A DNA stretch of 63,759 bases, the filler included, from Octopus bimaculoides (Eukaryota), in NCBI RefSeq assembly GCF_001194135.2. It is 6 parts of 6 records of this genome, joined end to end, with 100 filler letters (N's around TTAATTAATTAA, not from the genome) between each part and the next. Parts side by side here need not be neighbours in the genome. Positions count along the whole stretch, not along the records: positions 31,056 to 46,424 come from NC_068983.1; positions 46,525 to 54,223 come from NC_068989.1; 4 more parts are not named here. The stretch is one strand, 5' to 3'. Every line of letters begins with the position of its first letter. Position 1 is the first letter of the stretch. A program made the position numbers and the translations under genes. This document shows, one piece after another, positions 39,725-52,340 of the stretch. The notes under the pieces were generated by a model. That model was not told where the DNA came from, searched no databases, and saw only the letters and a list, made by a program, of their open reading frames with translations.

Positions 39725-41342
39725 TAAAATATATTACCATCAAATACACCTGCCTCTTTCTTCACCATTCATTATATTCACCTCTACCTCCATCCCTAAT
39801 CACCAATTTCCCTTGTCTCATTTTTGTATGAACTTACTCAACCATTTTTTCTGACTCTCTGTACCTATTCTTTCTTGAACTCAACTTCTTGAACATTGAA
39901 AGTATTCCCTGACAACTCTTCGCAACTATCTTTATCACTCATTTGATCCCAGCAACCCTTCCTCATATAATGCAGGATAACCACATATCTCTTCTGCTTG
40001 TCCATGCCCTTCTGTCTTTCAACACCTGGTGTAAGTAAAGCTGCTTCCTTCTTCATTACATCCCCACTCAATCAAGGGACCTTATTCCATTTTCTTTTTT
40101 TTGTCTTGCAAATTACTTAGAAACCTCAGTAGTACCAGCATCATAAAAAATATCAGTAACACTTCATAAAAATGGTTGGTACTAAGAAGGGCATTCCACA
40201 CTAAAAAAACACACCAAAGGAGGTGAGAGTTTGATGCAGCCCTCCTGCTCATGAGATCCTGTCAAACTGGCCAACTCATGGAAGGCAGACACTATATCAT
40301 GATGATTTCTATAAATATGTATGTTTGCTTGATAAATGTGTGTGTGTGTATGTGTGTGGGTTTGAGATTATGTATGTTTCCATGCAGTTTCTATCTACCA
40401 AATCTGTTCATAGGGCATTTTTAGTTTGTGGCTACTGTAGACGAAACTTTCCAAAGATGCCATGATACCATGCAGTGAGAAGGACTTTCAAAACCACATG
40501 ATTATGAAACAAACGCTCTATTTACACAGCCATGCCTGCACCTAACCAGGAGAACCATATGACATAAAAATACCGAGCAATAAAGAGAATGAAGTGGGTG
40601 ATGACAGAAAAATTGATTCCATAACATAGTCTGTTAAAAAGTTTATTGTGGCAGTGACAGAGGGTTTTGCTAGCAAAATACAACAGCTTATTGAAGAATA
40701 GTGTTATAGAGATAGTTGTAAAATCATAGTCTCTCTCTCTCTCTCTTTCTCTCTCCCCATCTCCCTCCCTACCCCTCTCACTCTTTTATTCGTTACCTTC
40801 ACTCTATTGCTTTATCTTTCAATAAACTCTGTTTTTTGTAAAATAAATATCACTTATGTGATACTAGATTATATAAGCACATATGTGAGAAAAGGAAAAG
40901 AAATAGTTTTTAAGGGTTATTATCCTGATATGGAATCTCTTTTCCCATCTTTTGCAAGTAATCACTTCATCCCTATGAAAATACACTGATGTGAAATAGA
41001 TTTCAAAATGATTTTTTTTTGTTTTTGTTTTTTTGATATGGTAAAGAATGAGAATCCATAACTCTTAATAATAAGCCCTTACTTTGATTGGCACTTCTTT
41101 TTTTTCTCTCAAATCTATCCTTATAAAATCTAATATCATCTTAGTGATTTTCTATTGCAAGAAATACAGAAACACTAGAGAGACAAATAATTACAGAGAT
41201 AAGGTAATGTGGAAAGAGTATTTTGGGGAGAGAGAGAATTACTGGCCCTACGTGTGTTTCTATGTGTTTCTCAATATTTGTATGCATGTCTGCCTCTGCT
41301 TCTGTCCTTCTGCCTCTTTCTCCCTCTCTCTCTCCTGCTCCT

Positions 41343-41374
<32 letters not shown>

Positions 41375-43241
41375 ATGCACACACACATACACACACACAC
41401 ACGCACCCTCACATTGGTTCCTGGCTATTCGGAAGCAGCTAGGTGGGTGAGTGAAACTATGCTTATTAGCAAGTCTTTTCACATTCCGCACAAAAAATAT
41501 TAATTGCCCCATGTCCCACAAATGGTTCATTCATATTTGAGTTTAAGCTGCTCAAGCAAAATGCCAAGTCTATGACAGTCATGGGTAAACTGCATCCCAT
41601 GGGACTTTCTGAATGACATGCCAAAGAAAAATTTTCTTAGTAATGCATTTTTCCCAATGATGTGTTGTTTCATGTGGTCCATGCTTAGTCAACAATGTCA
41701 GGGAAAACTCACCCACTTCCCAAACTGTGTGGCATTTAACTAGCAATATAACATTTACAAGTCCAGTATCCAAACCACAAAAGATGATGTCACACATCAT
41801 ACAACCTTTAAGTTATCCTGCCTTCCAAACAACACCCAATCCTTTTGGCTGCCTACCAAAAGGATTTCCAACAGTGTAGAATCCAGATCTCTCCCAATTC
41901 ATAGCAACAATGATTCTGTGAGTAGTATTCCTTCAGAGATCAAGCTATCAGCCAATGGATAATCTCTCACTCACCAAATATATATATGTTATAATTTAGA
42001 ACAAACAGTAAAAGGTTGTCATTATAGTACTCAGAGTTTTGAATGCCAGAGCAAAGAGCTATGATACATTCTCATCAGATATTAATGGCAACATATAATG
42101 ACAGCCTTTTACCTTTTATTCTAATTTATAACATATATAAATAATTCTCTATTTCTCTAATATTGTGGTCTCATTCTTTTGTTGTTATACATTTTATTAT
42201 TATTATTATTATTATTATTATGGTATATTTTTTTATATATTATTTTTTATTTTTTTGTAAAAAACATTTTCATTCTCCCTCTTCTTGAAAATTTGCCATG
42301 CAATGAAAGCCAGTTAGAAATCCTTTTTAATCCTCCTTATACACATCTATATTAAAATATGCTTTCAGTTTAGCATTCTGCCTTATTATTATTTTTTATT
42401 TTCCTATATATATATATATATATATTGTTGTCAAAGATGATGAATAATGAATGTTCGGCTTTTGCAAAATTACCTGCACAAGAGATTTGTTTATAGTGAT
42501 CAGATGTGTCAAATCGACATTGCCTGAACAAGTGCCTGGAGTACCACATATTGAGTTTCAAAGTGATCACAGGGCAATATGAGATGAAGAGATTTGCTCA
42601 AAAACACAACACATTACCACTATATTTCACTATATTGCCCAGACTATCTATTGTTGTTATACATCATTGATTACAGTATTTCTTCACATTGTTTAGCTTT
42701 CTGAATGATATCACCCCACTAGCTAGACAAGCAAGCCAATACTCCTCCTGAAAAGAATGCCACTCCATTACAGGGTCACCCATTTACAGCTGAGTGGCCG
42801 GGCAATGTGAATGAAGTGTTTTACTCAAGAATACAACTCACCACCAGCCTGGGAATCAAAACCATGATCTCATGATTTTGAGTGCTACACCCTAAGCACT
42901 GTATATGTGTGTACATACACAATCATCATTGTCATCGTTGTCATCATTCTGATCATCAATGTTGTTGTCTTAAAATTTACATGTGTTTTTTTGTCTTCAT
43001 GTTTCTATGGGTTGAACAGAATTTGTACAGTCAGAATTTCTGTGGCTGCATGACCTCCTGCCTACAACATTAATCTGTTTTCAAATAATGGAATAGTTTG
43101 TCAAGGACTAGACATATTTTCTCAGAACATTAGAAGTGATGTCCATCGATAGCACGATGGTGACACTCATTACAATTATCCTGTGATGTCAAGATAAGAT
43201 GTCACAAACAAACACACACATACACATGCACAAATGCGCAT

Positions 43242-43272
<31 letters not shown>

Positions 43273-43870
43273 TATAATGGACTTCCTTCAGTTTCTGTTC
43301 AGCAAATCTACTCACAAGGCTTTGGTCAGCAGAAGGCACATGCCCAAAGTGCCATAGGGTTATGTATATATATATATATGTGTGTGTATATATATATATA
43401 ATAATATTAGGGACAAAATCCAAAATTACAGGTAAAAACTCGATTAAAATCAATTTATAAAAAATTAAAATTAAATTGAGCTTTACANNNNNNNNNNNNN
43501 NNNNNNNNNNNNNNNNNNNNNNNNNNNNNNNNNNNNNNNNNNNNNNNNNNNNNNNNNNNNNNNNNNNNNNNNNNNNNNNNNNNNNNNNNNNNNNNNNNNN
43601 NNNNNNNNNNNNNNNNNNNNNNNNNNNNNNNNNNNNNNNNNNNNNNNNNNNNNNNNNNNNNNNNNNNNNNNNNNNNNNNNNNNNNNNNNNNNNNNNNNNN
43701 NNNNNNNNNNNNNNNNNNNNNNNNNNNNNNNNNNNNNNNNNNNNNNNNNNNNNNNNNNNNNNNNNNNNNNNNNNNNNNNNNNNNNNNNNNNNNNNNNNNN
43801 NATATATATATATATATATGCACACACGTGTGTGTGTATATATGTATATATATGTATGTATATATGTATA

Positions 43871-43900
<30 letters not shown>

Positions 43901-43901
<1 letters not shown>

Positions 43902-45970
43902 ACAAAGAAAAAATTAAATAGAGAGATACAATTAACAATCCAATAATTTATTTATATTATAACAAAATATACTATGAATATAACACAATATAAGATAACA
44001 TAAACAATTATTAAAACATCAAAATGCTAACAATTTGTTTTGATTATATACATTTTTTTATATATATAAACAATTCCATTGTAAATAAGTCTCTTCATAG
44101 GCAGAGTTTAAAGAAAGACATTCCCTATGAAAGGACAGCTAGATTGTAAAACATTAATTCAAATGCCTATGTATTATGAGCGTGAGTGTTAACTATTCAA
44201 TTACATATCAATTACAATTAAAAAATAACAAAAATATTATGATGGACAAAATAATTAAGTGAAATATATCGAAATATATTCCTATATATCTAAAAGAAAT
44301 ATTAATCCAAACTTGTTTATGTCTAAGAGAATCTTTTGCTATTATGATATACAACAATAATATATATGTGTATATAATTAAGTATCAGGGTCTTGCTTTA
44401 TCTAGAACTGTAATGAAATGTGTAAAGAAAATATAAATGAAAATTATATCTTTAATATACAATAACTCTTCTATTTATTTAAAGCTATTGATATAAAAAA
44501 ATGTTGATTAAAGTGACTAATAGGAATGTTCTATAATTATTGCTTATAATAATTTATATTGTGTTATCGGAGGGATAATTCCGTAATAAATATGAATAGA
44601 AAGCTAATAATAAAGATTTCTTTGTTTTCTTAATTTATTGCAGGGAGAATTCCATAATAAATTTGAAGGTAAACAAAATGGCTGTAAACACTATAACCTA
44701 AATACCCTATAGATACAGAGTTAGGTTATAATAATGGATATAAGCATATAAATATGAAGATAAACTTATGGCTGTAAACACTATTACGTAATAAAAATTT
44801 CCTGTGTTCACCTAATTTATCTTAGGGAGAATTCTAAAAAAGTTTGAAGATAAATTATAATAATGATAACAATGATAATAATAGATAAATAATTTATTTG
44901 ACTTAATAAATAAATTTAATAACCAAAATGATTATTATAGTATTGTATTGTTTATAAATTGTATTCTTATTACAGCAATATTATTTTGTTAATTCTGAAT
45001 GAATTAATAAAATTTGTATATACACAATTTATAGTCATTTAATTTAAAAATAATAATATAAATTATTTTATCATGAATGATCCTTAATACTTGTTTTGAT
45101 ATATTACTTAATTCATACTTATTTACAGAGTTTTGTCTTCCATAATATATGAATGATAATCTTCATTTAAGAAACTCAAAATCCGGTCACTTCTAAAATA
45201 CTTGTAATATGTTGATATCCATTATTATAGCATAACTCAGTGTTTATATCCAATAATTATAGAACATTCCTATTAGTCACTTTAAACAGTACTTTTTTAT
45301 ATCAATAGCTTTAAATAAGTAGAAGAGTTATTATGTTTTAAAATTTATATATAATTTATCATTTATATTTTCTTTACACATTTCTAGATAAAGCAAAACC
45401 CTGATACTTAATTATATACACATATACATCATTGTTGTATATCATAATAGCAAAAGATTCTCTTAGACATAAACAAGTTTGGAATATATTTCGATAGTTG
45501 TAGATTTCACTTAATTATTTTGTCCATCATAATTTTTTTGTTATTTTTTAATTGTAATTGATATGTAATTGAATAGTTAACACTCACGCTCATAATACAT
45601 AGGCATTTGAATTAATGTTTTACAATCTGCCGTCCTTTCACACGGAATGTCATCTTTCTTTAAACTCTGCCTACAAAGTGACTTATACACAAGGGAATTG
45701 TTTATATATAAAAACAATATATATAAGTCAAAACAAATTGTTGGCATTTTGATGCTTTAATAATTGTTTATGTTATCTTATATTGTGTTATATTCATAGT
45801 ATATTTTGTTATGATATAAATAAATAAATTATTGGATTGTTAATTGTATCTCTCTATTTAGTTTTATCTTTGTAATTTACATTATACCAACATTTAGTTG
45901 GTAATCAACTGACGTACGAGTGAACTGGATGTTTCACACACTCTTCTGAAGGAATTTTTTCCTTAGTTTG

Positions 45971-45972
<2 letters not shown>
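43901..45972. repeat. ~2.07 kb inverted duplication: arms ~43901-44542 and ~45251-45972, ~700-bp spacer, (TA)n on both flanks
   Basis: The arms align by eye along their length with scattered substitutions and several indels. The left arm lacks ~100 bp that is present near the right terminus. Confidence 0.92.
45277..45945 (-). pseudogene. Three exon-like segments in the right arm encoding a small Cys-rich peptide with one internal TGA
   Basis: Exons 45888-45945 (58 nt), 45588-45670 (83 nt) and 45277-45308, all bounded by AG/GT with matching phases (2 then 1). The spliced product reads [55 protein letters not shown]. Confidence 0.45.
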
Positions 45973-46035
<63 letters not shown>

Positions 46036-46197
46036 GTATATGTATGTGTATATACATATATGTATATGTATGTGTATATGTATGTATATACACATACTTG
46101 ACATTAAATACACTGAAATGTGTTTAGACTCAAGTTTTGACTGCTATCTCTAGCATGGTGGTATCTCTTAGATACCATTAATTATAATTTTAGCATC

Positions 46198-46424
46198 ATC
46201 ATCATCATCATCATCATCGTTTAACGTCCGCTTTCCATGCTAGCATGGGTTGGACGATTTGACTGAGGACTGGTGAAACCGGATGGCAACACCAGGCTCC
46301 AATCTAATTTGGCAGAGTTTCTACAGCTGGATGCCCTTCCTAACGCCAACCACTCAGAGAGTGTAGTGGGTGCTTTTACGTGTCACCCGCACGAAAACGG
46401 CCACGCTCGAAATGGTGTCTTTTA
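46198..46424 (-). mobile_element. SINE family E with (GAT)n tail
   Basis: Minus strand carries GGCGTTAGGAAGGGCATCCAGCTGTAGAAAC ... GCATGGAAAGCGGACGTTAAACGATGATGATG. Related fragments at ~36740-36910, 38120-38225 and 40170-40305. Confidence 0.7.
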
Positions 46425-47299
46425 NNNNNNNNNNNNNNNNNNNNNNNNNNNNNNNNNNNNNNNNNNNNTTAATTAATTAANNNNNNNNNNNNNNNNNNNN
46501 NNNNNNNNNNNNNNNNNNNNNNNNTATATATATGTGTACTTGCGTATATGTATATATATACACACACACATATATATATATACACTCATACGTCCACATT
46601 TATACATATGCACATACGTACCCACGCATATACAAATATACACATATGTGTGCATGTCCCCATATACACATATGCATCCATTTATATATACACATGTATA
46701 AATAGAAATAGACTTATACACATACACATAGTTATACATCTACGCCTATTACCTAATAAAATAAACAGATACGCATATACATATATATACATGTATACAT
46801 ATGTAAACACACGCATGCACATACATACATACATACAAATACATACACAATTATATATACTTACAAACATACGTACACCCCCCCCCACACACACACAAGT
46901 ATACATGTATACATACATACACACAGANNNNNNNNNNATATATATATATACACCACACACACATTTAAATAAGATAAACAGATAGATATAATGAGTCTAT
47001 GTATGCGAATATATATGTATATGTTTGTGCGTGTATATATGTATGTATGTATGTATGTATCTTTGTATGTATGTATGTCAAATGACATGTTTGCGTGTCT
47101 TCAGGCAAGTAATCAAAATCTAAGAAAAGGCAAAAGAAATATGGCGGTAGTCAGCTGACAGAGAGACAGACAGACCAACTGACAGACGGATATTCAGACA
47201 TCAGTCATACAAACAACCAAATAGGCAAACGGTATGAATGATGCGGTGAAAGAGAGGAACTGCATGGGTGGGGTGGCGGTGGGGGTGAATATATTCTTT

Positions 47300-47480
47300 T
47301 TTACTCTGGGTACAAGGCCCGTAGTTTTGAGGGAGGGGAGCAGTCGATTATCGACCCCGAAAGGATGAAAGGCAAAGTCGACATTGGCGGAATTTGAACT
47401 TAGAACGTAAAGACAGACGAAATACCGCTAAGCATTTCGCCTGGCGTGCTAACGTTTCTGCCGGTTCGCTGCCTTGGAAG
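47300..47480 (-). mobile_element. SINE family D copy
   Basis: Reverse-complement match to family D. Confidence 0.8.
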
Positions 47481-48340
47481 GGTGAATATATTGTGAAAAT
47501 AAGGATGAAAGAGAAAAAGGAAGGCAGGTTTCATTAATTTGTTCCAAATACTGCAGTTAAATTTAATATAAAGAGAACGATAACAGACAAAGAGTGGAGT
47601 GTGACGAAGCGAGTCAATAAGATTGCTTTTGTCGGNNNNNNNNNNNNNNNNNNNNNNNNNNNNNNNNNNNNNNNNNNNNNNNNNNNNNNNNNNNNNNNNN
47701 NNNNNNNNNNNNNNNNNNNNNNNNNNNNNNNNNNNNNNNNNNNNNNNNNNNNNNNNNNNNNNNNNNNNNNNNNNNNNNNNNNNNNNNNNNNNNNNNNNNN
47801 NNNNNNNNNNNNNNNNNNNNNNNNNNNNNNNNNNNNNNNNNNNNNNNNNNNNNNNNNNNNNNNNNNNNNNNNNNNNNNNNNNNNNNNNNNNNNNNNNNNN
47901 NNNNNNNNNNNNNNNNNNNNNNNNNNNNNNNNNNNNNNNNNNNNNNNNNNNNNNNNNNNNNNNNNNNNNNNNNNNNNNNNNNNNNNNNNNNNNNNNNNNN
48001 NNNNNNNNNNNNNNNNNNNNNNNNNNNNNNNNNNNNNNNNNNNNNNNNNNNNNNNNNNNNNNNNNNNNNNNNNNNNNNNNNNNNNNNNNNNNNNNNNNNN
48101 NNNNNNNNNNNNNNNNNNNNNNNNNNNNNNNNNNNNNNNNNNNNNNNNNNNNNNNNNNNNNNNNNNNNNNNNNNNNNNNNNNNNNNNNNNNNNNNNNNNN
48201 NNNNNNNNNNNNNNNNNNNNNNNNNNNNNNNNNNNNNNNNNNNNNNNNNNNNNNNNNNNNNNNNNNNNNNNNNNNNNNNNNNNNNNNNNNNNNNNNNNNN
48301 NNNNNNNNNNNNNNNNNNNNNNNNNNNNNTATATATAAAT

Positions 48341-48530
48341 GTGATAGATCACTAACCACTACACACATTTTTTTGTCTCCTTGTTTCTTTCTGTGTTCCT
48401 GTCTGTGGAAGAGCGTAGGCTCGAAACATTAAAGACTTTTTCAATTCCCGAGCGTTAAACTAATACATCTGTTTATTTTCTACACCACCTGTCTTCATCT
48501 TTTGTTGGTTTTTTTTTGTGAATTCTCCCT
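48341..48530 (+). mobile_element. (TA)n-adjacent repeat with hammerhead-like motif, copy 1 (possible Penelope-like pLTR fragment)
   Basis: Colinear with 49620-49803; contains CTGTGGA-A-GAGC-GTAG-GCTC-GAAAC and ends in GAATTCTCCC next to (TA)n. Confidence 0.55.
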
Positions 48531-49531
48531 ATATATATATACTTCGTATATACACACGCACATATATACATACAAACATACCTATATCCTGTTTTCTGAT
48601 TGGTTAATAATGATTAAACTTTAGACGTCAGTAACATTTTTCTAAAATTTTTCCAGAATGTATCACAAACTCGGATTCAGCGTGAAAAATGACATCAATA
48701 AATCAAATTTGAAAATTTACACTTAATTGTAAAATTTCAAAATCTCTGACATCAACGGAAAATATGTCTATCTCTTTCATTTTCTGCTTTTCTTGCGGTG
48801 AAATTCCCCCCCCCCCTCTCTGTATACTTTTGCCACACTTTTAACCACTCTCTATAAGAATATGTAGATCGGGCTGAGTATGTGCTTGTTTGCCAGGGTC
48901 TTTATGTATACATGTGTGTAAGGAATTTCATTATGGCGAGAGAGTACATTAATAAACAGGTATGTAAAAACTAATTTAGTTTGCTAGCATATTTTTCTGA
49001 AAGTAAATATGTTTTTCTTATACACAGCTCAGACACACACACACACGCACACACAAATACACACACACACAAACACACACACACAAACACACACAGATTT
49101 GGTCGATGCGGGGTAGGGACTAAAAATCTGAATTACAATTTTGTTGTTGTTGCTTATATCACAGCAATGGACCACCGTATCACATTTCCATAAAACGTGT
49201 TTACGAAGAGAAAAATATCGATAATCATCAATATATGTCAGGAAAAAAAAGGAAGAAGCAGGTGGTCGCAGGATTTGCTAGAAATAACACCTAAACATGC
49301 CTTAAATCACACACCTTTTCGTCTGAAAGTTACTTTGAAATTATAAACAAAAAACAAATAGCAGATTTCGTAAGTACGCGAAGGTATTTTAGCGTGAAAA
49401 TTGCCAGCAACGACGGGATTTTCAGCTAGTGTATATATATATGCATACATATATACATACATACATACATACACACACACACATATATACATACATACAT
49501 ACACAGACACATATATATATATATATATACA

Positions 49532-49564
<33 letters not shown>

Positions 49565-49619
49565 ATATACATACACACACACACACACACACACATACAC
49601 ATATATATCTGTCATTCGC

Positions 49620-49803
49620 TATGATAGATCGCTAACCACTACACACATTTTTTCTCTCCTTGTTTCTTTCTGTGTTCCTTTCTGTGGAAGAGCATAGGCT
49701 CGAAACGTTAAAGACTTTTTCAGTTCCCAGGCGTTATATTAATGCATCTGTTTGTTTTCTACACCACCTATCTTCGTCTTTTGCTTTTTTGTGAATTCTC
49801 CCT
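49620..49803 (+). mobile_element. (TA)n-adjacent repeat with hammerhead-like motif, copy 2
   Basis: CTTT-CTGTGGA-A-GAGC-ATAG-GCTC-GAAACGTT-AAAG. Confidence 0.55.
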
Positions 49804-49929
49804 ATATGCATGCATATATACAAAGCGACGAAAATATTTTGGCAAATTAAATTTAAATGTTGAAGTGAATCTAACGGTTTTTTTTTGGTGTTTTTAAGTG
49901 GTTTATAAACACCTTCCACGCTGCAATTG

Positions 49930-50020
<91 letters not shown>

Positions 50021-50689
50021 GCATACATATATGTCTCATTCATTCTTTTGTTGTCATACCATTACTATTTATACATATATATAGATACCAACTGGCAAGA
50101 GAAACGAACATTATAGCCTTATAAGATCTTTTCAGCGATGCATATTGTACTAAGATGGTAAAATTTTAAAATGATCAATAAATGTATTTGTAAATACACA
50201 CACGCATATCAGTGTATATGTGTATGTATACGTTTGCGTTTCTCGATAGTATCATGATGAATGTTGTACCCCTGAAAATTAAAGAGTCGTTGCGAAATAC
50301 ACCACACTCCTCAGGGATGCAAACTCTGAATGCACACCCGATATAACTCTGCTATCATCGCCCGTCAACGTTCCAATTTAGAATGGCGCCAAACTAGAAG
50401 CTACCATATTTCCAAAGCTTCTTACTGCATGTCTAGATATGGTCATCAGCCACATTTACTGGACGATCTTTCCAGTTCTTTGCTTTATCGATAATTGTTG
50501 TAGAATTATCACGGAAAGTGGTTTAGTCTATTATTTGCAGGCATAATATTAATTAACCAAAATATTTTTTCGACTCAATTTATTTTATATGCGAGACCCT
50601 ACCATAGGTCTCACGTGTATTTATTCATAATGAACGACGTTTCTCTGAGGTGTTATTTCTTCAGGCATATTGATTTATCATCGTCGGTA

Positions 50690-51441
50690 ACTCTATCATC
50701 ATCATCATCTTCATCATGTCATATCATCAGTTATTGCCATTGTCATCATCGTGGTCGTTATTGTCATCGTAGTCGCCGACATTGTAGTCTTCGTCCGCGT
50801 CGACGTCGTCGTCGTCATCGTCATCGTAATTTTCGCTATCCCCATCATCCTCACCATCGATCTCTTTCATGTAGATGTCACTGTCGTCAACATCAGTATC
50901 ATCATCATCATCATCATCATCATCATTGCCATAGTTGTCGTTGTCGTCTTTCGTCATCGTCGTCGTCGTAGTCATCATCGCCATGACCAACAACTTCTTT
51001 ACCATCGTTACTGTCGTTTTCATCTTTGCTGTCATCATCATCATCATCATCATCATCGTCGTCGTCGTCGTCGTTGTCATTGTCGTCGTCTTCATCGTCA
51101 TCGTAATCAGCAGCAGCGGGGGCATCTCCCCCACCCCACGCAACATCGTCATCATCATCTTCGTCGCCGTCCTTCTCAACTTCGTCCTTCTCTGTTTATA
51201 AAACTGTTCGACTCACTTTCCTCCACGTTTTCTTTATCGTCTTCTTCCCCTCCGCCTCCTCCTCCTCCTCATTCCTCTTCTTCTTCCTCTTCTTCTTCAT
51301 CTTCTTCTTCTTCATTTCTTCTTCTTCATTTCTTTTTCTTCTTCATTTCTTTTTCTTCTTCATTTCTTCTTCTTCATTTCTTCTTCTTCTTCATTTCTTT
51401 TTCTTCTTCATTTCTTTTTCTTCCTCTTCTTATTTTTCTTC

Positions 51442-51473
<32 letters not shown>

Positions 51474-51599
51474 CATTTCTTTCTCTTCTTCATATCTTTT
51501 TCTTCTTCTTCTCTTCATCCTCCTCCTCCTTCTTCTTTTTCTTCTTCTTTTTCTTCTTCTTCTTCTTATTTTTCTTCCTCTTCTTCTTCTTCTTCCTCC

Positions 51600-51643
<44 letters not shown>

Positions 51644-51985
51644 TTCTTCTTCTTCTTCTTCTTCTTCTTCATTTCTTCTTTATTTCTTCTTCTCCTTCTG
51701 CTTCTTTTTCTTCTTCATTTCTTTTTCTTCTTCTCTTCCTCCTCCTCCTTCTTCTTTTTTTTCTTTTTCTTCTTCTTCATTTCTTTTTTCTTCTTCTTTC
51801 TCCTCCTCCTCCTTCCTCTTTTAGTAGATTCTGCCTTTTTGTTTTTAGCTTTTTATTTTTCTTTTCTCTCATTTACACGACGTTCCGTTCTGAATATTTA
51901 CAAAAACTACTACTACTACTACTACTACTACTAAAACAATCACCTCCAACTCCACCATCGCCAATACAACTATTACTTCAGGTGA

Positions 51986-52018
<33 letters not shown>

Positions 52019-52340
52019 AACTACCTTTTTATTACTACTACTGTTATGGCTACTATTACGACTCTTACTACTATTGCTGCAACTACCACCACCACCACCA
52101 CCACCACTATTACTTCTAGTAACCTGTTGACACTGTTATTACACCTACTGACAATTATGTAGAGAAAATAGCCATGCAACAACATCTAGCAGTGCTGTCA
52201 ATCACAAACAATAGCCACCACCACTACTGCGACGACGAAGACCCCCACCACCACCTCCACTAACATCACAACCACTACTGCTATTACTGCTACTGCTGCT
52301 ACCACTACCACTACTACCACTACAATTACATCGGTGGTAG
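50690..52340. repeat. Long degenerate trinucleotide block (TCA/TCG)n, (CTT)n, (ACT/ACC)n
   Basis: Direct reading; it is the source of the low-complexity ORFs in the track. Confidence 0.95.

Noticed and set aside
43901-45972. AT-rich block as a mitochondrial control-region NUMT
   Set aside because: No mitochondrial tRNA, rRNA or gene fragment recognised, and spliceosomal-type sites are present. Not formally excluded without BLAST.
50615-51824. 357-aa and 150-aa low-complexity ORFs
   Set aside because: Degenerate trinucleotide repeats with no splice or domain signal.
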